Source: Candidatus Thorarchaeota archaeon
GTDB taxonomy: Archaea > Asgardarchaeota > Thorarchaeia > Thorarchaeales > Thorarchaeaceae
DNA: 49,778 nucleotides
Direction of reading: 5' to 3'
Assembly (NCBI GenBank): GCA_011364905.1
Contig: RDNZ01000018.1
Coordinates: 1-49,778, forward strand
Shown: piece by piece, positions 9,726 to 17,495 of the stretch
Position numbering within the stretch: position 1 is the stretch's first letter
How the letters are laid out: each line of letters begins with the position of its first letter
Notes under the pieces: generated by a model
The model's database searches: none
Seen by the model: the letters and a program-made list of their open reading frames with translations, nothing else
Told to the model about the DNA's origin: nothing
Made by a program: the position numbers and the translations under genes

Positions 9726-10088
9726 ATGGTCGAAGACATTAGTTCGGATGATTTGCAGAAAGTCATTGGAGAGCACAAGGTTGTATTCGTGGACTGCCAT
9801 GCAGTCTGGTGCGGCCCCTGCAGAACCCTAGGTCCAATCCTCGAAGAGTTGGACGAGAAGTATGAAGGTAAAGGTCTGAAAGTCGTAAAGCTCGATGTTG
9901 ACAACAATAGGGAATTCAGCATGGAGAACCAAATCACTGGTGTTCCAAGCGTGCTTGTATACTCAGAGGGCAAGAGAGTCATCTTTGATGATGGCGCAGG
10001 CAGAAAGATGGACAAGCTGGTCGGTGTGATGCCTCCAGAAGTCTATGAGCAGATTGCAAACAATCTTCTTGCTCCGGAAGCCGCATAG
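9726..10088 (+). CDS. trxA: Thioredoxin
   Basis: WCGPC active site and cis-Pro GVP; ATG at 9726 after GGGAG. Confidence 0.9.
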   Translation: MVEDISSDDLQKVIGEHKVVFVDCHAVWCGPCRTLGPILEELDEKYEGKGLKVVKLDVDNNREFSMENQITGVPSVLVYSEGKRVIFDDGAGRKMDKLVGVMPPEVYEQIANNLLAPEAA

Positions 10089-10094
10089 ACCTAT

Positions 10095-10125
10095 GAGGGG
10101 AAAATCTCCCCTTCACTCTTTCTTT
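10095..10125 (+). terminator. Putative terminator after thioredoxin
   Basis: GAGGGGA/TCCCCTT hairpin followed by a pyrimidine/T-rich tract. Confidence 0.4.
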
Positions 10126-10188
10126 GTAGGGTTGAATCCTAGTTGGATTAGTATCCGACATGGAAGAAACAAAGTTGAACTTCGAGTT

Positions 10189-10812
10189 CTATGATTGTAA
10201 GAGAAGTACAAATAGCAGAGTAAAAGGGACGTAATAGCACTCGTAGAAAAGAGCCCTTCTAATCCAATAGCCCTTGGTGTGTATTTTGGCTTTTAGCCAA
10301 GTGGCTACTTCATCAATTTCCTGAGAGTTTCTGAATAACTTAGTTTTCTCCAGATTGTCCTTCAGATCAGACCTTCTTCTTTTTAGAGAAGATGCGACCC
10401 ATATTATGAGTAAAGGCAATGAAACTGCTGCTATTATTCCACTCAGAATTCCATAGACAAATCCTAGTAGGTATGCACTCATTGCCATAATTAGTAGGAA
10501 TACAAGTAGATGCAAGATTGGAAGAAAATAGAGTAATGGCCCATGTCGGGACCCGAAAGACCGTGCCACTTTCAACCGGGTGTTTGCTAGAAAAGCTGCA
10601 GCCACTTTAATTGCTTCCTGTGTGTCTCTTGCATAGATATCAAGTTTCAAACTAGTTTCTTCGATAGCGGGAATCACCCCGACATGGTCTTCGTCCTTTA
10701 TGGGATAGTAATTCATTTTGATAGCAGACGAAGGGATGTGCAGTACTTTCGCTATTTCCAGATGGTCGTATACTCGAATTACCTCACTGACCATCTCACT
10801 GGAATCGGACAT
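10189..10812 (-). CDS. Hypothetical membrane protein (about 3 TM)
   Basis: Hydrophobic segments LLYFLPILHLLVFLLIMAM, ILSGIIAAVSLPLLIIWV and a C-terminal helix; ATG 10812 (ORF extends to 10830). Confidence 0.65.
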   Translation of the reverse strand: MSDSSEMVSEVIRVYDHLEIAKVLHIPSSAIKMNYYPIKDEDHVGVIPAIEETSLKLDIYARDTQEAIKVAAAFLANTRLKVARSFGSRHGPLLYFLPILHLLVFLLIMAMSAYLLGFVYGILSGIIAAVSLPLLIIWVASSLKRRRSDLKDNLEKTKLFRNSQEIDEVATWLKAKIHTKGYWIRRALFYECYYVPFTLLFVLLLQS

Positions 10813-10958
10813 CGTAATCCCCTTTATCAATTCTTGTTCATGAATTAGGATATATCTTACTGACCAAAGTCATCAAGGTGTAAGTCATCGTCTTTTATCC
10901 AGCAAGTAGTAAATGCCTGTCAAGCAAGATTCATAGCCTGCCGAGTATCCGAGAGCAC

Positions 10959-11330
10959 ATGGTCGATGATGTATCTCCCGAAGTAATCGAGCAGGTCAGC
11001 AAGAAGGCCAAGCTACTCTTCGTAGATGCATGGGCTCCTTGGTGCGGACCGTGTAGAGCGTTGACGCCTATTCTTGAGGAGCTTGACGAGAAGTATGTGG
11101 ACAATCCAGATGTCAAGTTTCTAAAAATCAACACGGAGAACCATCGAAAGTTTGCAATGGAAAATGGCATTCATGCAATTCCGTGTGTATTGATCTTCTT
11201 TAACGGAGAACCGGCCAAGTATGAAGTTGATGATTCCAAGGGCGGGGGCAAGAAATTTCTGAACAGACTGATTGGTTTGCGTCCGATAGAACAGTATGAG
11301 AATGTGATTAGATTCTTCAGCGACAAATGA
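10959..11330 (+). CDS. trxA: Thioredoxin (second paralogue)
   Basis: DAWAPWCGPC and AIP cis-Pro motif. Confidence 0.9.
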   Translation: MVDDVSPEVIEQVSKKAKLLFVDAWAPWCGPCRALTPILEELDEKYVDNPDVKFLKINTENHRKFAMENGIHAIPCVLIFFNGEPAKYEVDDSKGGGKKFLNRLIGLRPIEQYENVIRFFSDK

Positions 11331-11406
11331 AGCACGCAACAAGTCGCATGATATTTTATATGACTGCACGGGGGCAGTTATTCTATAAAGAACCGAGGTG
11401 TGATAC

Positions 11407-11931
11407 TTGCCAGTACTACCATTTGGTGACAAACGTCCAAAAATAGATCCGCAAGCATATGTGAGTCCTCAAGCAACAGTCATGGGGAATGTAGAGATAG
11501 GTCCAGGTGCTAGTGTCTGGCCGGGAGCAGTTGTTCGTGCGGACCAGGCTTCAGTCCGAATTGGAGAGAACACTTGCATTCAGGACAGTGTTGTTATCCA
11601 TGCTCATAGTGAGGAAAACCCTACTATTATTGGAAATAACACTATCATTTCCACCGCTTCTGCCATACATGGTGTCTATGTGGGAGACAATGTGAACATA
11701 GGTGAAGGGTGTGTTATCTTTGATGGTGCTACCTTGGGAGAAGGAGTGTCCTTGGCACCGGGGAGTATTGTCCCGCCCAATATTGTAATTCCTCCCAGAA
11801 CACTGAACTCAGGAGCACCTGCTGCACAGATCAGGGAAATCTCACGTGAAGAGATTGAACAGCATACAATCCGGACAGAAACAATCACGCAAGTCTTCCT
11901 GAAACTGCGGAGATGGCAACAGTCCATCTGA
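11407..11931 (+). CDS. Gamma-carbonic-anhydrase-family left-handed beta-helix protein
   Basis: Hexapeptide repeats, VWPGAVVRAD, IQD..VIH, GAPA C-terminal helix. Confidence 0.85.
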   Translation: MPVLPFGDKRPKIDPQAYVSPQATVMGNVEIGPGASVWPGAVVRADQASVRIGENTCIQDSVVIHAHSEENPTIIGNNTIISTASAIHGVYVGDNVNIGEGCVIFDGATLGEGVSLAPGSIVPPNIVIPPRTLNSGAPAAQIREISREEIEQHTIRTETITQVFLKLRRWQQSI

Positions 11932-13092
11932 TCATATAGTCTCTCGAGCTAGCGATGTGAGATTTTCGCATCCATCCTCTGTTATCAGGATAACATCAGC
12001 CATCTTGACAATACCCACTCCCGCAACGAAACCAGTGGGATAAATAGAGAAGACCATGTCCTCTCGTAGGGATTGCTGAATCCCAGGAACAATATAAGGA
12101 GGCTCATGGAGGTCGAGCCCTATTGAGTTGCCCATGGGCTGCACTATTATATCAGAAGAGAAACTCCTGCCTAGCTTTTTCAAAGTCTTCTCAGCAACAT
12201 CCTTAACCTGAGCTTGTGGCTTGAGTCGTTTTTCAAGCCCCATAGCAGCGTTGGACACGTATTCAAAGAGCTTCCTTTGTTTGTCCGTGGGTTTACCAAG
12301 GTGAATTGTTCTTGCGACACTCCCGAAATATCCTGCGTGACTTACTGTAATGTCCAGAACCACAAATTGATCATTCCTTATTCTTGAAGTACTGGGCACT
12401 GCAAAAGGAAGCTGAGCCTGAGCTCCTGAGAGAACTGTAGCGTGGATTCCACGCTGTTGACCACCTGCGCCTCTCATAGCTGATTCTATCTCTAAAGAGA
12501 CCTCTTCCTCTGACTTATCCGAGGATACCAGCTCTAAGGCGGTTCGAATTCCAATCTCGCCAATGTTCACAGCTTTGCGTATCGCATCAATTTCTGCTGC
12601 ATCTTTGATGTTCCTTAATCTCCATAGGTTCTCAGAGAAGTCCTTGAATCCAGCTTCGGGTAATGACTGCTTTAATATTTCAAACTCTCGCACTGAGAGC
12701 CACTCGTGCTGCAATCCTACCATGCTTCCAGAAAGACCGTATTCTTTCAAAACACCAGTAATCTGGTTCCAGAACCCAGCTCCTCCAGTGCCTGACCAAT
12801 CGGCGAACCTGGTTTCTTTGAATGGTCGGATTTTCGCCATTACAGGATCTCGATTGGAGACGAGTTCTTGTTTGTCAGAAAGGAGAAGCTGTGGCTGATT
12901 ATTCTCAGTGATCAGACAGCCAATTGGACCGTCCACACCTCTGAATTGATAGCCGGTTAAGTATTGAACGTCCTGTCTATGAGTGACGAGTAATGCATCG
13001 ATTTCTTCTCTGCGCATGGCGCGATGCACTTTGTCAATTCTCTGAGGTGTGAACTGCATGATTCGGGTCTCGCTATGGTTTGAAAATTTCAT
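11932..13092 (-). CDS. M24 (Xaa-Pro aminopeptidase/creatinase) fold protein, probably catalytically inactive
   Basis: Creatinase-N domain (YLTGY), RNIKDAAEIDAIRKA and pita-bread motifs; most metal ligands substituted; start may be ATG of MQFTPQR. Confidence 0.8.
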   Translation of the reverse strand: MKFSNHSETRIMQFTPQRIDKVHRAMRREEIDALLVTHRQDVQYLTGYQFRGVDGPIGCLITENNQPQLLLSDKQELVSNRDPVMAKIRPFKETRFADWSGTGGAGFWNQITGVLKEYGLSGSMVGLQHEWLSVREFEILKQSLPEAGFKDFSENLWRLRNIKDAAEIDAIRKAVNIGEIGIRTALELVSSDKSEEEVSLEIESAMRGAGGQQRGIHATVLSGAQAQLPFAVPSTSRIRNDQFVVLDITVSHAGYFGSVARTIHLGKPTDKQRKLFEYVSNAAMGLEKRLKPQAQVKDVAEKTLKKLGRSFSSDIIVQPMGNSIGLDLHEPPYIVPGIQQSLREDMVFSIYPTGFVAGVGIVKMADVILITEDGCENLTSLARETI

Positions 13093-13174
13093 TCTGTATT
13101 TATGCGTTGCCGATTTTGGTAGTTCATTTAAGCTTCTTGTCGTAGTAAAATCGACCTTGAGGAAACATAAATGA

Positions 13175-13252
13175 TGGCGGGACCGCCCGGATTCGAACCG
13201 GGGATGACCAACTCCGCAGGCTGGTGCCTTATCCAGGCTAGACTACGGCCCC
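13175..13252 (-). tRNA. tRNA-Arg(GCG), CCA encoded, no intron
   Basis: Cloverleaf GGGGCCG...CCAGC CT GCG GA GTTGG...CCCGG TTCGAAT CCGGG CGGTCCC G CCA. Confidence 0.97.
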
Positions 13253-13323
13253 GTTCATCGAGGGACCTGATTTGACTTATAGAGTCTTCGCTGGGAGAAG
13301 GTTCCGATAGGAATCATTGAGCG

Positions 13324-13530
13324 TTACACGAGCTGCATTTGAAGCAACTCGACCACTGCACGTCCTTTTAGCTTAGTAACGCGAAGTGTATGATCTGAAG
13401 TCTGGAGGATGAAGTGTTCGCCCTCTTCCAAATTCTCGAGTACAGACTTGCCCATGGGACCATTAAGGTATCGAGTGAACCTGTTTACGACCCGATTTGC
13501 TGATTCACCCCGTCCAGTTGAGAAACTCAT
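13324..13530 (-). CDS. Small hypothetical protein between the two tRNA-Arg genes
   Basis: 68-aa ORF with ATG preceded by GAGGT SD-like sequence and an upstream TTTAAA box. Confidence 0.6.
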   Translation of the reverse strand: MSFSTGRGESANRVVNRFTRYLNGPMGKSVLENLEEGEHFILQTSDHTLRVTKLKGRAVVELLQMQLV

Positions 13531-13607
13531 GTGATTGACCTCGTTTTCACCATTTATGTCAGTCTATGTCTTTTAAACTCCGAGAGAGAGCAGAAATTAA
13601 GAATACA

Positions 13608-13685
13608 TGGCGGGACCGCCCGGATTCGAACCGGGGATGACCAACTCCGGAGGCTGGTGCCTTATCCAGGCTAGACTACGGCCCC
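13608..13685 (-). tRNA. tRNA-Arg(CCG), CCA encoded, no intron
   Basis: Identical to the 13175-13252 tRNA except for anticodon CCG. Confidence 0.97.
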
Positions 13686-13725
13686 AAAAGCTTGGCTGTT
13701 TTTAAATCTTTAAAGATTTGCTACA

Positions 13726-14247
13726 TTAGACAATGATATACTCCAGGCCTGTGAGCCACCAAGCTCCTCGTTTATTCTTGACGAATCCTTTCTTGTATTC
13801 CAGAACAGGACTCCCGAACAGTGTTACTGCACGATTATTCAACCTTTCAATCCTGGCAAGGACGGTCCTACGTTTGTTGCTATTTCCGAGAAGGTCTCGA
13901 GCAAGTTCGGGTGTGGTGGCTCCTTCGTTTCGAATAAAGTACGCCAACAGCTTGCGATCAAGCTCATCAGCACACAGGTCATTACGAGCAGCGTCATTTA
14001 ACTCACTAAGCTGGACGCTAGTCCCCTGCGAACTTTCGAGATGCTCAACCCGAGCTTTTAGATCATCCACATCTTGAATCAAGTCATACATAACGGGTGG
14101 TAGTTCCTCATCCAATCTCCAGACAACAGCATCATAGATGTACTTCTGGCGACCTCTCTCTCCTGCTATCTGATCGATTCTATCTAAAAGGTCCTGGTCA
14201 ATCCTAAAACGGATACTCACCATTTCGGGTTTTTTCTTCTTACTCAT
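13726..14247 (-). CDS. Ribbon-helix-helix + coiled-coil + winged-HTH DNA-binding protein
   Basis: VSIRFRIDQDLLDRIDQIAG (RHH), DVDDLKARVEHLE (coiled coil), DRKLLAYF...ATTPELARDL (wHTH). Confidence 0.7.
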   Translation of the reverse strand: MSKKKKPEMVSIRFRIDQDLLDRIDQIAGERGRQKYIYDAVVWRLDEELPPVMYDLIQDVDDLKARVEHLESSQGTSVQLSELNDAARNDLCADELDRKLLAYFIRNEGATTPELARDLLGNSNKRRTVLARIERLNNRAVTLFGSPVLEYKKGFVKNKRGAWWLTGLEYIIV

Positions 14248-14370
14248 AAAACGACCACCCTTAGACCTGTTTGCACTTGCTGTTGACGTGAAAAGGTTTC
14301 TCTTCTTTATGGCCCGACACAGTTATAAAACAATCACAAAGTGTCGCTAATAGTGCGACGGTGGTTCAAT

Positions 14371-14868
14371 ATGGTAAACAAGGAAAAGGCCATCAAACGT
14401 GAGTTGACTCGCCTCAGAAAGAATCAGAATCCACAGCAGATTGACTTCAGAAGAATGCGGAAGCTCCGAGCTGCCAGAACGAGTCTATTGAAGCTAAAGC
14501 GCAAGAAGACCGTCGCTCCAGTGCAAGTGGCCTCAGTTGATAAGAAGAAGAAAAAGGCTAAGCCCAGGAAGAAACCAACGAAGGAAAAGCCCGAGCTTGA
14601 GTTCATCGAGGAAGAAGGTGAATTTGAAGACTTCGAGGAGGAGCCTGAGTTAGAAGAAGTTGCTGAACCGGAACTCGAAGAGATTGAAGAGGAGCCAGAA
14701 CTGGAAGTCATAGAGGAAGAACCAAAGTCAAAGAAGAAAAAGAAAGAACCCGAGCTCGAAGTCATTGAAGAAGAGCCCGATTCAGAAGAGATCAGCCTCG
14801 AAGACCTGTACTCTTATGATGAGGACATTGATGAGGAAGATATAGACGAAGAAGATGACTCTGAGTAG
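14371..14868 (+). CDS. Low-complexity basic/acidic protein with EPELE repeats
   Basis: Lys/Arg-rich N-terminal half, Glu/Asp-rich C-terminal half; ATG at 14371 after GGTGG; purine-rich coding-like sequence. Confidence 0.7.
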   Translation: MVNKEKAIKRELTRLRKNQNPQQIDFRRMRKLRAARTSLLKLKRKKTVAPVQVASVDKKKKKAKPRKKPTKEKPELEFIEEEGEFEDFEEEPELEEVAEPELEEIEEEPELEVIEEEPKSKKKKKEPELEVIEEEPDSEEISLEDLYSYDEDIDEEDIDEEDDSE

Positions 14869-14957
14869 TCTTTAATCTGATTTATCAATCGCATGCAAAA
14901 AAATAAGACTGAGGGAACCCTCAACCGCCTGCGTGCAGAACCGGTACTGGTGATATC

Positions 14958-15788
14958 ATGACCACTCTTCTGGATATTATAAAACGCTTGAGTGAATTAT
15001 CTCCGAGAGAGAATACGATGCGCGGGCTTGAAGGAAGAGTTGAGATAGGGCCCCAAACTGAAACCGAACAGGCTAACACTACTATCAATCGAATTCTGAT
15101 TGCCACATATCCTTCAGCACGTGTGGTCACTAAGGCCACTCAGGATAAGGCAAATCTCCTTGTCACATACCGTCCATTGTTCCCGTTTGCCATTGATAGA
15201 TTATCGGGATTAGACCTTGTTAGGGTCCGACTATTGGCAAAGAACTACATTTCATCCTATGTAATTGGAAGTGGGTGGCTTTGCAATAGGGATGGATTGA
15301 ATGATGCTCTAATAGAGGGACTGGGATTCAAGAAGATCGGAAATTTCATGACTGAGAGCGATTTCAATCAGTCCATAGCAATTGGGAGAATCTGCAAACC
15401 AGCGGGAGTAAAGAACCAGTCAGGCTTCGTCAACTATGTTGCAGGGAAGATTGGATTGGATACCGTTCTTTTCTCTGGAGACCTTGATGATGAGGTCAAA
15501 GAAGTGCTCGTCATTGCTGGAAACAGCGTGGACATGCCTGAGATAATCAATGCAAAGAATCAGAATCTGGATACGTTGATTACGGGAGAACTCTCTCCAG
15601 AAATTAGACTCCTTGCCAACGAGGAGGGCATCAATACTCTGGAACTTGGTGCATTTGCTACCGAAGAGCCAGGAATGAAACGACTCCGAGATGTCATTAG
15701 TCTTGACTTTCCAGAGATGAAAGTAGAATTCACCGAGTCAGGAAGCATTGCCAAAGCGCTCAGACCATACAAAGACGACATGGCATAG
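14958..15788 (+). CDS. NIF3/DUF34-family protein with degenerate metal site
   Basis: Family layout (ANLLVTYRPLF, GLNDAL, GRIC, DTLITGE, GAFATE.PGM) with the His ligands replaced. Confidence 0.75.
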   Translation: MTTLLDIIKRLSELSPRENTMRGLEGRVEIGPQTETEQANTTINRILIATYPSARVVTKATQDKANLLVTYRPLFPFAIDRLSGLDLVRVRLLAKNYISSYVIGSGWLCNRDGLNDALIEGLGFKKIGNFMTESDFNQSIAIGRICKPAGVKNQSGFVNYVAGKIGLDTVLFSGDLDDEVKEVLVIAGNSVDMPEIINAKNQNLDTLITGELSPEIRLLANEEGINTLELGAFATEEPGMKRLRDVISLDFPEMKVEFTESGSIAKALRPYKDDMA

Positions 15789-15793
15789 AGCAT

Positions 15794-16687
15794 CTAACGC
15801 GGTTCTTGAGGCGCCCGTATCATGACCACATTCTTGTTTCTAGGTACTCCGATATGTTCGGCCACTGGAGCACATTTTGTTCTTAGAATGTGAATTGTGG
15901 GACAGGTGGGATTGAACTCCGTCAATGACTCATAATTCCCCATACCCTTGGCTACTATTAGTTCAGCTGAGGCAAAGACACTTTTGAAAGTCTCCGAGCT
16001 GCGGTCTAGGTTCACTCCAATTGCTGCGGCTCCTGTTTCACTTATTTCATCTGCGCACTCCGCTAAGCCAACGTCAATAGCATCAATCATCGTAGCGTCA
16101 TTCAAAACGGGGCCACTTTTTACTACTGCCACAACTCTTGGACCTAAGCGTTTTATCTCTCCGATAAGAATCATATCGAGAACAATCTCCCCTGCGTTGT
16201 CCATGAGATATAGGACCTCACTCACATCTTTCGCATATTCCCTGAATTCATCCACTTGATCGATGACAAGATCGCTCTCGACATTTTCCAGAATCAACCT
16301 TAGCTCACTAAGGCTGAACTCACGTCCTGCGACATCAAATTCGATTGCGTTAGCTGCGGCTGCAATCAATGTGGCTGTGCGAAATCGTTGTTGTGGACTA
16401 TCACTCTCATCCACAAGCTTCTGGAGCTCCGGCAGAATACTCAAAGCCATTTCATTAGACTGATGCTTGAGTTCCTTGTACGGATCCGTTCCAGTCATCT
16501 TTTGAACGAGTAAGTCCCTGTCAGTACCAATGTGACTAGGGACGGCATCACCATTGAAGTTCTCACCCAGGAATTTCGTCATTGCTTCTACTACCTTCAT
16601 CCTAAGGTCTGGATCATCCGTAGCCAGTGTAATCTGGTTGACAGCCCGTTTTAGAAGGCAGTGCGCACACTCCAAAGTGACTTTCAT
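15794..16687 (-). CDS. ARMT1/DUF89 damage-control phosphatase
   Basis: ECAHC, DPYKELK, ANAIEF, YLMDNAGEIVLD, PVLNDAT, AKGMGNYE. Confidence 0.9.
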   Translation of the reverse strand: MKVTLECAHCLLKRAVNQITLATDDPDLRMKVVEAMTKFLGENFNGDAVPSHIGTDRDLLVQKMTGTDPYKELKHQSNEMALSILPELQKLVDESDSPQQRFRTATLIAAAANAIEFDVAGREFSLSELRLILENVESDLVIDQVDEFREYAKDVSEVLYLMDNAGEIVLDMILIGEIKRLGPRVVAVVKSGPVLNDATMIDAIDVGLAECADEISETGAAAIGVNLDRSSETFKSVFASAELIVAKGMGNYESLTEFNPTCPTIHILRTKCAPVAEHIGVPRNKNVVMIRAPQEPR

Positions 16688-16742
16688 GTTGACTCACCTA
16701 CGGGTGGCGCTTTGTGTCCAGTGAAAAATCAACCGGAAGGTA

Positions 16743-17426
16743 CTATTTGCGCAACGAACTGGCCAAGCTTTTTAGGACTATAGCTGGTTTGTCGGATTTT
16801 GCGACCGCGGAAGCCAAAAGAACTCCCTGAGAACCTAGTTTCATCGCCGCAGACACATCCTCTCCAGTACTGATGCCTGCACCACAGAGTATGACCACAT
16901 CTTGGTTCACATTACGTATCAGTTGCACAGTACCGCTAATTACCTCAGGTTGTGCTTGCGAAACTGAAATTCCCGTGCCAATTAGCTCAGGAGGCTCGAC
17001 AGCAACAGAGTCAGGATTCATTGTGGCTGCAGCAACACTGACAGCCGGATTGTTAGTACAAACTACTGTGTAGAGACCTAGCTTCCGTGCCTTTGTGATA
17101 GCCAATTCAACATCTGCCAGTTGCATCCTTTTTTCTGAATGATTCAAGAGGGTGCCAGAGCAACCAGCTTCTACAAGTGCTTCAGCTAGCACGTGACCAG
17201 TGAATCTACCTTGCTCACCAGGATCCATATGTTGTGAAAACACCGGGAGGTCGACAGCTTGTGCCACCCGATACAGGTCAGAAATCTGAGGAGCAATTAC
17301 GATTGGTACACCAAACTCTTTTGATACGCTCTCACAAGTTCTTGCAAGCTCAACAGCCCTCTCACCTGTGGCCTGTTGATATGTCTTGAAATTAATGATA
17401 ACCACTGGAGTCTTAATCTTGGTCAA
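16743..17426 (-). CDS. tpiA: Triosephosphate isomerase (archaeal type)
   Basis: INFKTY, LLNHSE, AVEPPELIGTG, CGAGIS, GVLLAS. Confidence 0.97.
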   Translation of the reverse strand: MTKIKTPVVIINFKTYQQATGERAVELARTCESVSKEFGVPIVIAPQISDLYRVAQAVDLPVFSQHMDPGEQGRFTGHVLAEALVEAGCSGTLLNHSEKRMQLADVELAITKARKLGLYTVVCTNNPAVSVAAATMNPDSVAVEPPELIGTGISVSQAQPEVISGTVQLIRNVNQDVVILCGAGISTGEDVSAAMKLGSQGVLLASAVAKSDKPAIVLKSLASSLRK

Positions 17427-17495
17427 GATACTACCACCTGAATGACTCAGAATGGCTTGATGCAGGATTTTAAACTATTGCTAGAGTTGTCTGGC

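Noticed and set aside
9522-10015. Minus-strand ORFs 9522-9800 and 9584-10015
   Set aside because: Antisense to thioredoxin or its promoter, with no recognisable motifs
9726-11330. Selenocysteine (UGA) recoding in the redox genes
   Set aside because: Active sites use ordinary Cys codons; no in-frame TGA at a catalytic position and no SECIS-like hairpin recognised
13175-13685. tRNA direct repeats as attL/attR of an integrated element
   Set aside because: Both are complete tRNAs with different anticodons; only ~355 bp lie between them and there is no integrase
14590-14790. DNA tandem repeat or array
   Set aside because: These are degenerate codons of EPELE protein repeats inside a CDS
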